Below, in pieces: positions 22,362 to 34,800 of a stretch of 64,000 bases of DNA (the stretch's first letter is position 1; every line of letters begins with the position of its first letter). Made by a program: the position numbers and the translations under genes. Source of the stretch: Octopus sinensis (taxonomy: Eukaryota); the NCBI RefSeq assembly GCF_006345805.1, contig NC_043018.1:12090001-12154000 (forward strand), read 5' to 3'. Under the pieces are notes generated by a model that was not told where the DNA came from, did no database searches, and worked only from the letters and a program-made list of their open reading frames with translations.

Positions 22362-23597
22362 ATGATTGTGGAATGGAGCCGGATCCTCGTTAATTGGATG
22401 CAAGACACGGTTCGATGGATATACCTGCAGCTGAAGTACACGATTTCCAAGATTCTAATTTCCATCACGATCTTCATCGCTCTCCTCTGGATAGCCCTGT
22501 TCGTCTATGGCAGCTTCTATTATGTCTACATGCCGAGTGTGTCGCACGAACGTCCATGTAACTTTGTGTTTGATGTGTGCGACAACGGCGTCGGCGTGTG
22601 TTCGTTTCCCAAGGCCCGCGTCGATCTTACAGACGAGAGCAACCGTTATGTACTCTCCTCCGGTCAGGCGTACAAAATTATGTTGGTCCTCGAAATCCCC
22701 GAATCCACAGTAAACCAGAAGACTGGTATGTTTTTGGTGAAAGCCCATTTCTACAACCAGTCCAACCACTATATACAATCGGCAGCGAAGACCACCATGC
22801 TACGGTATCGGTCTAGTCTGTTGCACACCATGTCGACTCTCTTCTATCTGCCGTTCCTCATCACCGGAGCCAACGAAGAAAAGCAAATTTTACACGTTGA
22901 ACTGTTCTCCAAGTATACAGAAGACCCGTACAACCGCGCAGTGGGAGTAGATTTCTTAATATCACATCGACACGTCCAACTGTATTCGGCTGTTGTGAAG
23001 ATATACGCCCATTTCACGGGTTTGCGCTATCTCATGTTCAACTGGCCTGTAAGTTGCGCAGTGGCGGGCACAGGAATCATATTGACTGTCCTGATATTGT
23101 GTGCACTCTTCGCGTGGTATAATTACTTCAACAGTGGTTACATACTGCAACCCAGCAGCCACAGGATGTTGCTTGAAGAGCGCCGACGACACATGCACGC
23201 TCGGCTTCTCCTCGAGGGCCGCCCCACACCGAATCCTCATACGTCGGTTCCGAACGTCGATACGTCTCAGCGAGCATTCCAGGTCAGTTCTGTTGAAATG
23301 TCGACAGTCAGCAGAGATTTGTCTGAGACTGTTCATCGTGAACTTCCTCCATCTGCTGAGTCTATTGGTTCTACTGTAACAACTTTGTCTCTTCATAATG
23401 TATCGTCATCGTCTACAACTGGCTCCGCCGACGAATGCACCACCGCCACCGTCCTTTCCAACTCTTCACACGATTTGGCAGAAGAAAACACTTCTTGCTT
23501 CGGCAATTCAGACCCTCAGAAAATTGTTGGTTCCTCGAACGAAGGTGATTTTGAACTTCGACAAAGACATACAACTTCGTCTCATCCTTCCAGTTGA
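22362..23597 (+). CDS. BSCL2: Seipin (lipid-droplet biogenesis ER membrane protein), single coding exon, 411 aa
   Basis: First ATG of ORF 22194..23597. TM1 ending LFVYGSFYYVYMPSVSH; lumenal CSFP...GQAYKIMLVLEIPESTVNQKTGMFLV...MLRYRSSLL...EEKQ...QLYSA...AHFTGLRYLMFNWP; TM2; C-terminal LRQR motif. Confidence 0.96.
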   Translation: MIVEWSRILVNWMQDTVRWIYLQLKYTISKILISITIFIALLWIALFVYGSFYYVYMPSVSHERPCNFVFDVCDNGVGVCSFPKARVDLTDESNRYVLSSGQAYKIMLVLEIPESTVNQKTGMFLVKAHFYNQSNHYIQSAAKTTMLRYRSSLLHTMSTLFYLPFLITGANEEKQILHVELFSKYTEDPYNRAVGVDFLISHRHVQLYSAVVKIYAHFTGLRYLMFNWPVSCAVAGTGIILTVLILCALFAWYNYFNSGYILQPSSHRMLLEERRRHMHARLLLEGRPTPNPHTSVPNVDTSQRAFQVSSVEMSTVSRDLSETVHRELPPSAESIGSTVTTLSLHNVSSSSTTGSADECTTATVLSNSSHDLAEENTSCFGNSDPQKIVGSSNEGDFELRQRHTTSSHPSS

Positions 23598-25085
23598 TCT
23601 GGAGTCGGAAAGAGACGTGGAGAAAGACAGTAAGAAACAAGAAGACTAAGAAAATAGAAAAATCTCCCTGGAAAAGACTAACAAAGGGAACATTTTCACA
23701 CTTTCTTTTTGTTTTAGGAAGTTTGAAAATTGCCTTTTTGGTTCGACTGAAGAAGCCGAAAAAAAATTGAACATTGACACTAAAAAAATTATCAAAAATT
23801 CCAGCTGGAAAGCAAAACATTACAAAGATCTGGTTATTTATTTTATTATAGATTTATGTTTATAGTTTTTGTTTTCCTTTCTTCTTACCTTGTTTCTGTT
23901 GCTCTTTTCATAACACATTTATTGTGGTTAAAACTAACGAACAAAACGGGTGCTGCGAGGTGAGCTGGCAATTATCTTAATTAAAACCATTTCACTTCTA
24001 GGATGGAATACTTGGACGGCACAACACCTGTTTCCTACAAATTAATCTTAACTTCGTTTAGGTATTTTGTGTTTTTAATACGCGTATTTGAAACAATATT
24101 GTCAACAAACTGTTATGTTCGTTCGAATTGACACATAACCCCCCCCCCCCTCCATCTATAATTTTTATAGGGTGACACATTTTTCTGTCTCCAACGGTAG
24201 AAAAATATGTGAAGATTGTTTAGTTGGGTGGGGAATAAATATATTCTTCTACTTCTGTCATAATTCCATTCGCATCTTCAATACCTTACAGGACTATGTT
24301 AGCCTTTGTCTGCCTTTTGTTGTCAAGCCTTGGATGGAAGATCGAACTCAACCTATATTTAACGGATCCACACTTGTTTTAGCTCCATGTTGCACTTTAG
24401 TCAGTCTTTCGCTGCGAGGTCACAAACTTCTGACACAGTTTTCGGATTTTCTTATTGTAAATCAAAATATATAACAACTGTTTTTACTTAAAAGACTTTA
24501 TGCTTTGAGGCGCCGATGTTGCCAGCTGAAAAATTGGGTTTCGGTTTCGATCTCAGTTTGAATCCTTTCACTTTTTTTAAGGCACCAATACCACTTTCAC
24601 ACCTTTCATTTTCCACCGAAGAAAACAAACATTATCAGAATTGTTGTCTTCATTTATTTATTTGATACTTGTAGCTTTATTTTCTTAATCGATTTTGACA
24701 TCTCCTCTGGCATAAGTTATCTTCCTTTCAATTTCATTTCCTCAATCGATTGTTTTTTGTTCTTCAATCTACCTCTGGGACAATCCTGATAACCTAACGG
24801 ACGTATGATCAAAGCCATTCCAGCCAGTACCAGCTTATCCTTTATTCCTTCTCTCAGACCTATTTCGGTCTACATTAAGTAACGTGTCCTATTTTTAGAA
24901 AACAGATTTGATTGCTGTCATCACGAATGTGTGTGTTGACACAGGCCGTCTGTTGATATCAGAGAATACATAAGTCACGGGTTGCACTCCCTCTCTCTCT
25001 CTCTCTCAATATATATATATAGTACAAAGTAAGATAAGGGTTATGAGGGTAATCCACTATGGGATATCAGTTATATATATATATT

Positions 25086-25468
25086 CTTTAGTCATTTGAC
25101 TGCGGCCATACTGGGGCTCCGCTTTGAAGAATTTTTGTTCGAATGAATCAACTCCAGTTCGTATTGTTTTTTTAAAGCCATGTACTTATTTTATTAGTAT
25201 TTTGCCGAACAGCTAAGTTAGGGGGACGCAAACACATCAACACCGGTTTTCAACTGGTGGTGGGGGAGAAACACAAAGACACACATATATGTGTATATAT
25301 TTATATAACGGGCTTCTTTCAGTTTCCATCTACCAAATCCACTTGCAAGGCTTTGGCTGGCCAATGGCTACAGTAGAAGACACTTGCCCAAAGTGCCATG
25401 CAGTGAGACTGAACCTGAAACCATGTAGTTGGTAAGCAAGCTTCTTACCACACGGCCATGCCTGCGCC
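25086..25468 (-). mobile_element. SINE family A, near full length
   Basis: tRNA-like head at ~25400-25468 on the - strand, internal TA microsatellite, family 3' end. Confidence 0.85.
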
Positions 25469-25507
<39 letters not shown>

Positions 25508-25719
25508 ATATATTTACTAGACATTTAGTAAAAATGTCCTTCTTACAGCTGCTGACCCAATGTGAAGGACATTATCACTTGCAAGCCATGCAAGGGCCTA
25601 CTCCTAATGATAACTGCTGAGATCCTGAGGCTTACCCACTCAATCAGGTAAACTTGATAAACTCAGTCGTTTATGAAGTTGAAGTTACAGTAATGCTCCA
25701 AAATACTGAAATACAAAAG

Positions 25720-25990
25720 AGAAATTGTTGGTATATGTAAAGAGAATTTTAAAAGAAGATACATCAACCAGCAGTCTTTCCAACACCTGAAGGAAAATAA
25801 AGCCACAAAGGTGGCTAGCCATATATGGGGTCTGAAAACAAACTGCTCACTACATACAGTCAAGAGGAGATTCCTGGAGAAATCCTTGCTATGTGTAGCT
25901 TAAAGATCTCATTCTTTTCAGATTCAAGAATTCTACTACACTATTTAATTCTAGATCCAAAATTTTTAGCAAAAGCAGGCAAGCATATGG
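25720..25990 (+). mobile_element. Penelope-like GIY-YIG endonuclease remnant
   Basis: Reads IVGICKENFKRRYINQQSFQHLKENKATKVASHIWGLK, resembling the PLE YIG..F K.R...H..SF.....T.L..HIW.LK pattern. Confidence 0.6.
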
Positions 25991-26352
25991 ACAAATTTCT
26001 TTTGCTGAACTGGTGGACACTAACTACTCTCTCCAGATTAATCATACTGTCTCACAGACTTTGGCCTCCACTCATTTGAATTTCTCTACACCAGCAATAC
26101 AAAGGATTTTGGTGGACAGAGAGGATGCAACTCCTTACCTTTTTTTCTTTTTTATTTATCTTTCGTTTTCTTGTTCTGCCTTTTCACATTCCACTTTTTT
26201 TATTTACCTTCGTCTCACCTTTTCTTGTGTTTTCTCATAGACTAGTATCATTTTTCAATTAAGACCTGCCATGTGCATTGAAGCTGGAAGGATTGCTTGC
26301 AGACATAAAGCATGATATATAAATCTGCCAAATTATTGTCTCCACAACATGA

Positions 26353-26411
26353 AATTATTAGTAGCTAATTATTTGTAGCTAATTATTAGTAGCTAATTAT
26401 TAGTAGCTAAT
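26353..26411. repeat. 14-bp tandem repeat (AATTATTAGTAGCT) x4
   Basis: Directly visible, with one degenerate unit. Confidence 0.85.
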
Positions 26412-27762
26412 ATATAAATACTGTGTATAATGAATGATATTTATCTCTCACTGGATGGAGTGCTTTTTTGCTGATCTTACCAATAATGGAACAGTAAACT
26501 ATATATATATATATATATCCCCTACTTCTTACCTCTCGTGTGTGACCCTTCTGTCCGAAGTCAGTCGCCATGATAGATCGTTAGCCGCTACACACATTTT
26601 TTTCTCTCCTTGTTTTTTCTGTGTCCTTTTCAGTATAAGAGCATAGGCTCGAAACATAAAAGCCTTTTTCTATTCTTGAGTGTTATACTAATACATCTGT
26701 TTGTTTTGTACACCACCTGTCTTCATCTTTTTTTTTGTAAACTCTCCCTATATATATATATAAGGTTTTGAGAAAGACATAATATCATATTTCCTCACAG
26801 AGATTTTTATCTAAGGCCTGCTGATTATGGTGTTAATGACCTACTGAACATAAAATAAATTGTCCCCACCATCATCAAATTAAATCGATTACGCTACTTC
26901 TGCCATCCACTGCTGTATATTCTTGTGCTTCTATTATAAATCATTGTTACTTTATTGAAAGCAGTGGATGTTAGAATCTGTAGAGAACCAGATCAAACAT
27001 ATTTAGTTTACATGGCTTCACTGGTTGGAATAGATTATATCAGCCACTTCCTCCTCCCCCCCCAAGAAGTTTTTTTTGTGTGTGTTTGTCTATATCAGAG
27101 ATTAAATGTGATTTGGTGTAACTAGACACCACTTCACAGAAAAACTACATTCACATCATTGTCATCATATTATCACTATCATTATCTGTGTGGATGAAGA
27201 GAATGCTTGAAATAGCAGCCAGGTCTTCTTCAAATCCTCTTTCCTATGCACTCTTGGAAAAGAGCTATTCGTTAATGTCATCTTTACTCCCCTTTAGGGC
27301 AAAAGGCTGCAAGAAATAGCATCTCTTAAATCACACCCTACAATCTTTAAAAAGGACACACTGGATAATGATGTAGTCTCAGATCCCCTGCATGTTCAAA
27401 AATTACAAGATAGCCCTGGCTGCAATGGTTTTGGTCCTAGATCTAACTTAATGGGGGTTAGGGTTCAAAAGTATCCACAAAAGCAACCAGAATTACAGTA
27501 TTAAAGATAATGTAAATCATTGTGAAAATTGCATGGAAAGTGTCAAAATGATAATAATAGCATCTGCTACTCTCTCTCTCTCTCTCTCTCTCTCTCCTTC
27601 TCACACTCTTCATAGTGTTGATGGCACCACAGTGTGGCATAAATTTCTCTTTATCTAGCTTTCAATGTCCTTATCGAAATGGATCTATTTCTCTAAGACT
27701 GCTAACAATGCTTGGTAAAAGCATGAAATCACAAGATCCTATTCTCGATATTCTTGTTAAAA

Positions 27763-27975
27763 AGAGCTGGCAAAAATGTTAGCATGCCGGACGAAATGTT
27801 TAGTGGTATTTTGTTTGTCTTTACGTTCTGAGTTCAAATTCCGCTGAGGTCGACTTTCCCTTTCATCCTTTCAGGGTCAATAAATTAAGTACCAGTTGCA
27901 TACTGGGGTTGATCTAATCGACTGGCCCCCTCCCAAAAAATTTCAGGCCTTGTGCCGAGAGTAGAAAAGAATATT
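27763..27975 (+). mobile_element. SINE family B; further decayed copies at ~28340-29230
   Basis: GAGCTGGCAAAAATGTTAGCA...TTCTGAGTTCAAATTCCGCTGAGGTCGACTTT...TCATCCTTTC...AAGTACCAG. Confidence 0.85.
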
Positions 27976-28118
27976 GTTAAAAAGACAAAAAAACCTTGGG
28001 GTTATTTACGCTTGTTTTTCAAAATGTTGGAATTTAAAGAAATATTTTATTGAAACATGAAAAAATGTTTTTTTTTTATCATTTAATAATTTTGTTACAT
28101 ATTTTCACTATTTCACTT

Positions 28119-28152
<34 letters not shown>

Positions 28153-29696
28153 TTGTGAGTTTATGCGTGTCTTTAAATATTTGTATATGCACAGCTGTAT
28201 GTCTGTGTATGTATTGTAAAAAAAAAAATTAAAAACAAAAGAATGAACACCAAAAATCGAGGAAATTTTGAACATTTTCAAGTCAGATTAATTTGCATAA
28301 TTATTTCTTGAATAGATAATTATTTTTGTAGTTGTTGAGCTGACAGAATCGTTAGCACAGTGGGTAAAATGCTTTGTTAAAGTAAGTGCCAATTCAGCAC
28401 TGGGGTCACTGTAATCAACTTAACCCCTCCCTAAATTGCTGGCCTTGTGCCAAAATTTGAAAACATTATAATGGCAGTGGATTGCAAGAACCATGAGTGT
28501 CAGAAAAAATGCCTTGTGGTATTTGTTATAGCTCTTTACATTCTGAATTGAAACCCTACTGAGGCTGACTTAGTCTTTCATCCTCTTCTGGATCAATAAA
28601 AGGAAGTATTGGGTCTTTAGTATCAACTGACCTCTCTTAAGTATCAGTCAAGAATTTGGGTTGTTTTGCTGACCCTTCCCCCCCTTTCTTGATCTTGAAA
28701 CATGTCAGACAAAAGGCTTAGTGACATTTCTGCTGCTGAGGTCAACTTTGCCTTCCATCCTTTCAGGATAGATAAAATAAAGTACCAGTCAAGTTCTGGG
28801 GTCAATGTAAGTGACTTGCCCCTCACCCCACCCCACACCCAAATCGCTGGCCTTGTATCAAAATTAGGACGAAATATTATTAAGGCAAGAAACTGACACA
28901 AAATGTTGTGTGGCATTTCTTCTGGTTCTTTACGTTCTGGGTTCAGATCCCTTCCGAGATCAACTTTACTTTGCATCCTTTCGGTGTTGATAAAATAAAA
29001 TACTCATCAAATGCTGAGGTTGATGTAACCAACTAAACCTCTCCCCTAACTTGAAACCGTTATTATTAGGGTGGTGGAGAGCACTGCATAAAATGCCATG
29101 TGGTATTTAATTTTGAGTTCAAATTCTGTTTAGATCAGTTTTTTTTTTCATCCTTCCAGGGTCCATAAATTAAAGTACTCGCCAAATATTGAAAGTCAGT
29201 CAAATCAACTCTACCTACCTGCAAAATATGTGACCCCTGTTACTGCTTTTCAAGAAAAAAATAATCCTTTGGTAAGAACTGGACCCTCTCTCTGTATTTA
29301 TTTTCTTTCTTTGCTGATTGTCCATGTGATAAATCCCAAGCTATTCTTTATCTGCTAATTATATTATGTGATAAGCACCAAGCTACTGTTTGAACTGCTA
29401 AATTTATTCTGAGATAAAAATTGTTCTATACAACACTTTTGCAGTCATTTTTATTCAGGAAATGTCTAAAGGTTTTCCTGTCTTTACTTAATCTATTTTT
29501 CTGTTCAAAATCATTTTCAATTCACTTTGCTTTCTATCCTATCAGTTCTCGTTGTTGTTAAACCCAAGGCAAGACCTCGTCAAGCAAACCAAACATGTTC
29601 CAGCTGTAACCAACATGTTTCTTTTCCAGGCATGCCATACACATGAGGTATTAGGTGTCTCGGAAGGACAGAGGGCCTGTCAGTTCCTTTCAAATT

Positions 29697-29918
29697 TTTA
29701 GCATTTAAACTAGCCATATCTGGCCCAAACATTCTGCTTGTTTTATGTTAAAACTAAACAGATCAGGCCTCTCACACCTACCCTACAATGTCATTCTAAG
29801 GAGAAGCAGTTTCATCATCAGTATCTTGAAAATACAAGATAATGCCTGAATAATTCAAAACAATGTGAATGAATGAGCATTATATTTGACAGAAAAAAAT
29901 CTGAATGCTAAAGGATTA
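29697..29918. mobile_element. piggyBac-type MITE (same family as 44466..44683)
   Basis: Shared GGCCTCTCACACCTACCCTACAA core; right end CTGAATGCTAAAGGATTAA. Confidence 0.65.
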
Positions 29919-30269
29919 AGGACAGCTTTTCAACCCCAGGCTTCTACCTGTCATCTGGATCTCCTCTCTGGCTTTATAAACTGTCTGCATTGGCAAGCTG
30001 GCTAAACATGTTGAGTCTTAAACTCATAATGATATTCTTTAAGTTCTTGACACCCTATACATATGAAGACTGGATTTCTAGTGGACTGTGTAGAAGAAAT
30101 TCAACATTTAGGGGTCAAGTTCCAGCAAAAGATGATGTCTAGTAATGTCGCTGTGGGATGCATACCTCAGAAGCATGCAAGACCTGCGTATCACCCTAGT
30201 CATCCAACAGCATCCCTGGTATATCTCCAGTCATCTGCCACACAGCCACACACATATATATATATATGT

Positions 30270-30687
30270 GTGTGGCTGTGTGGTAAGAAGCTTGATTTCC
30301 AACCACATCATTCTGGGTTCAGTCCCACTGTGTGGCAACTTGCACAAGTGTCTTCTATAGTCTCAGGCCAACCAAAGCATTTTGAGTGTATTTGGTAGAT
30401 GGAAACTGAAAGAACCTTGTTGTGTATATGTATGTATGTGTGAATGCACACACATATATATGTATATATGTGTCTTTGAGTCTGTTACTCACCACCAGTT
30501 GACAAGCGGTGTTGGTGTGTTTATATTCCTGTAACTCCGCAGTTTGGCAAAACAGACCGAAAGAATAAGTACCAAACTTAACAAAAAGATTAAGCACTAA
30601 GATTGATTCATTTGACTAAAACAAATTGTTCAAGGCAGTGCCCCAGAATAGCTACAATCTAATGACTGAAACAAGCAAAAAGTAAAG
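30270..30687 (+). mobile_element. SINE family A, full length
   Basis: GTGGCTGTGTGGTAAG...GGTTCAGTCCCACTG... through ...ATGACTGAAACAAG. Confidence 0.85.
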
Positions 30688-31039
30688 ATGTGTGTGTATA
30701 TATATATATATATATACACACGAGGGGGTACCCCCCAAAAAACTGGAATTTTGAAATATTATTTTATTCACCTAGTTTTACATGTTTACACTTTTATCGC
30801 CTTCAAAGAATTCTCCTCCATTTGGAGCAATGCATTGTTCCAGATGCATTTTCCACTGCATACATCGAAATACATACGAACATAAACACATATAAAGGAT
30901 CTTGCAGATAAATTGAGACAATTGTTACAATGCATAAAACTGGTTATAAATACTGCAAAAATGGTAGTAGACGGATATAATTTTAATGTAACATTTATTA
31001 CAAGAAGAACATTTATCATTCCATATGGTCACCCTTTTG

Positions 31040-31885
31040 GGCAATTACTGCCCCCATATGAGAATGAAATTTTTTGCAGCTGCCATGACCTCTGCCCTTT
31101 TGATTTTGCATGTCACATGCACGCTGTAGGTTTTCAAACTGTTGACATTTGAGTGTGGTGAACTATTGGTCCTTGCTTGAAGTACGCCCCATAAAAAGTA
31201 ATCGAGAAGGTTGAGATCTGGGCCAGATGTTGGGCCTCACAAAAAAACAACACTTTCTCACCAAGAAAAACCTGTGCTGCTTTTGACCCATGGCATGGTG
31301 CAGAATCCTGGATAAGCACCATATTGTTGAGCCCAAACTTCTGTTCCATCTAAGGTAACAGAGAGTTCTTCAGGATGTCCAGATCCTCCTTTATGCTGAT
31401 CTTCAAGCCAGACTCAATGAAGTGTGGACCCATGACACTTCCATCACTGGCTACGGCTCCAAATACCATCACAGAGGCAGGATTCTTAGTCTCAAACACT
31501 GGGGGGGGGGGATGTCAGAAGGGTTGTATGCCATTACTTAACAATTTCTGTGATTCACCTCAGCATCAATAGTGAACTTCTTCTCATCCACAAACACGAG
31601 AGTTTTTCCTGCATCTTGATGCTTGATAAATGATAGAAGCTTTGGGCATCTCTTGGCTCTGATTGCTTTAACTTTGGCCGTTATGAGGTGACAGCACCAT
31701 TGAACAGAGCCAGTCATGTCCAAGGTTCCTGTCCACAGCTCTGGTCAATGTGGAAAGGGACACATTGTATTTCTTTGCAAGAGTTGTCATGGATGGGTTG
31801 GCTTCAATTGAGCAGTTGAGGTCAGCGAGAAAACTTTGTTGTTCCATGACTTTCTGTTGTTGAATCAGTTCGCTATTTACCTGAA
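31040..31885 (-). mobile_element. Tc1/mariner (maT/DD37D-like) transposase relic
   Basis: VFVDEKKFTIDAEVNHRN; ASDGSVMGPHFIESGLKI; IQDSAPCHGSKAAQVFL, in broken frames. Confidence 0.8.
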
Positions 31886-34800
31886 AAATAAAGAGGAGGA
31901 TTAGACTTTCAAGCAAGGTTTTGTCAAACAATGAAATATTAAACCCATTAAGTCAACTGCTTAAAATTGGTCTTAATTTATGAGACCCTGCACATACATA
32001 CTTTCAAATACATACATTTATTATTATTATCAAAACCACATAAAGTCATGTGAAATAGTTGTGCAGGGCTTTCTGGCTGAAATAATGTATTTCGCCATTC
32101 ACAAAGCTGGTAAAAACATGAAGGTTTAGTAACTGCATTCAATGTGAGGTTTGGATATGCAAAACACAAGAGAGATTATTCACAGTAATATCAAAATAAC
32201 GAAGCCAACACTAGAACGGCTTCTGATGTGTCCAGTGTTTAGCCTTAATTTCCACCAAGATGTTTCTTTTAAAATGCAAACATGAAGAAAATATTCCCCA
32301 AATATACCATAGCATCTTCAAAAACAGGACATTGGATATTGTAGCTTTGGATAAAAGTGGCAAAAATCAGTGCTGGCTATAATTTCTATAGAATATCTCT
32401 TTAGCAAAAAGTGTTTGAATAAAAGACATGATGGTCCTGGCTGGAACACTTGGATCAGAGTTGAACTGGAGTTAAGCAATGTTAAAGTTTTTATTCTCAA
32501 AGTTTAGAAAATTTTTTTTCATGTTTCTTTCTTATCTCCCTGCATTTTGTATTTTCATTTGATTATCTGAGCAAAATACTCATAAAAAATTTAAAAAAAA
32601 ACAAAATTCTTTTAAATATCATTTTTTTATTAAAATGCCAATGTGTTACAAGAATGATAATGAAAATGATGATTACAAGATTGTTAATAATCAACAATGA
32701 TGATGAACCAACATGTATTTGTACATGTTCACTTAACTGGCAAATAGCAGCCAAATCTGCTTAATATCATCAGACTACCATCTTTAGAAAAGGGACCGAC
32801 ACAGTGGATAATGTAGTTCTAAATACATTATACCCGAGAAAGATGAAATACCTTTGAGCATGTCTGTCTGTTGTGGGGCTATTCAACCACAACTTGTGTA
32901 TTTGGTCCCACCATGGTGCTGATTGTTGTCATCAGAGACCAAAAGTTTACTAACGATGACCTGCCTACAGGATAATATAAATCACATACAGCAGGGATGA
33001 ATGTTGTGTAGTGTTGGTGAACTGTATTGGGCCTCAAAACCACCCCTTGGGGCAAAAACTAGGGTGGAAAGGGAGACTGGATCTGTTGCAACATCAATAA
33101 CAAGACGGAACTTTTGAGCTCTGCAAAGATTCAAGTATGCAAATTGTCTGCCATTCTTAACAATGTTCATGTTAGTCAGGTGCTAATTAGCCCTAATGAA
33201 TCTCAAGCACCTGAAGTGATGAATAAAAAATGCCACAATCTAACAAGAGAGCCCTTTGTGATCACTTGACCAGCTAGAATCAGAAACCAAATCACATATA
33301 TATACAACCTTAAAAAGGGAAGGAATCATCAAATAATGGAATTGTTACAGCTGGAATGCCTTTGACCGTAAGTTTGCACAACTGAGGCTGACCAGGGGCT
33401 AACCAACAACTGCCATGGTCAGCGCTATAGTCATTGCATTTACTATTATTAATATTATTACTATTGTTATAGTTAGAAAGGCAGTGGATTGGCAGAAACA
33501 TCCAACATAGTGTCTGACAGTATTTGTTCCAGGCTCTTAATGTTCTGAGATCAATAAAATAAAGTACCAGTCAAGTACTGTGATCAATCTAATAAAAATC
33601 TTTTTGAGGGATTAGGTTATTTGACTAATCCCATCCCTGCCAAAGTGCTAGCCTTGAGAGCCTAAATAAGAAACCACTGTCGTAAACGAGTGGAATGGCA
33701 GAATAATTATTCGATCAGGCAGAGCACCTTGTTGTATTCGTTCTGAGTTTTTATGTTCTGAGCTCAAATCCCAGTCAAGAGTCTATTTCATCCAAAAACC
33801 TTCTTTTCTCAAAATTTTTTATGCTCTTAGTTCAAATAATATCAGGGTTTAGTCAAGTCGTTATAACTGACCGACCCCTTGTCCCTAAACACTTCTGGCC
33901 TGTGTTTACAATTATTATTACTAACGATTTTTTAATATAGGGCAAAGCCTTCATTGAGATATATGGGGATTTGATATATACAAGAAACATGCAAAAAGCC
34001 TCGTGACATTCAGCCACCCATGGCTTCCCGAACGAAATATCAAATTTATTTCGCCCTTTTTCAAGCTCGTAAGGTCAACAAGACGATTTAGTAACTGCAT
34101 TTGATGTAATAGAAATTTGAAAGTGGAGTATTTAGTAAAAGGGGGAAAAAAAAAAGTTCTCAAGGGGAGATAATTAACTACCTAATATTTGCTATACAAT
34201 TAATTATTTCCCATTGATTACTTTCATTTTCAAAATACGCTCAATTGCCTCAACCACAAAACCGTTTTGTTGACTTAACGAGCGAGGAAAATAAGGAAAT
34301 AAAGTCAATATTGCGGCCACGAAACCCTGCGTTGCTGAATTCCACAAAGCTTTTTGTGTTCTTTTTATTTGTAATATCTTTATGATAATTATTAAAACCG
34401 TTTCTCTCTCTCTCTCATTTTTACATATATATTCATATAGTCATTTTTTTCTTTTGTGTTAATCATTTAGTAAAATATCTTCACTCTCTTAACTTGTTGA
34501 ACTTCATAACTCGCCCTACATGCTTGCTTATATATGTACGAATCCATGCAGGGGCGTGGGTGTTTGTGTTTCCATTTGACATCAACATGTCATACAAGCA
34601 GGGTCATTCCTTTTCATTATTTCGCAAAAATATGTCTGGTCATGGGAAAATACTACCTCACTTGGAAACCGGTGTCGATGACAGGAAAGGCAACTTGCCA
34701 CAGAAAATCTACCTCAGTAAACTCCATTTGGCCCATGGAAAAGTGGATGTCAAAATGATTAATTATCACTCTCCCACCAGTAACTGAGTATAGTACTTTA

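Noticed and set aside
22455-23396. Antisense and alternate-frame ORFs over seipin (also 13789-14235 over TRAIP)
   Set aside because: Shadow ORFs of real coding sequence with no recognisable motifs.
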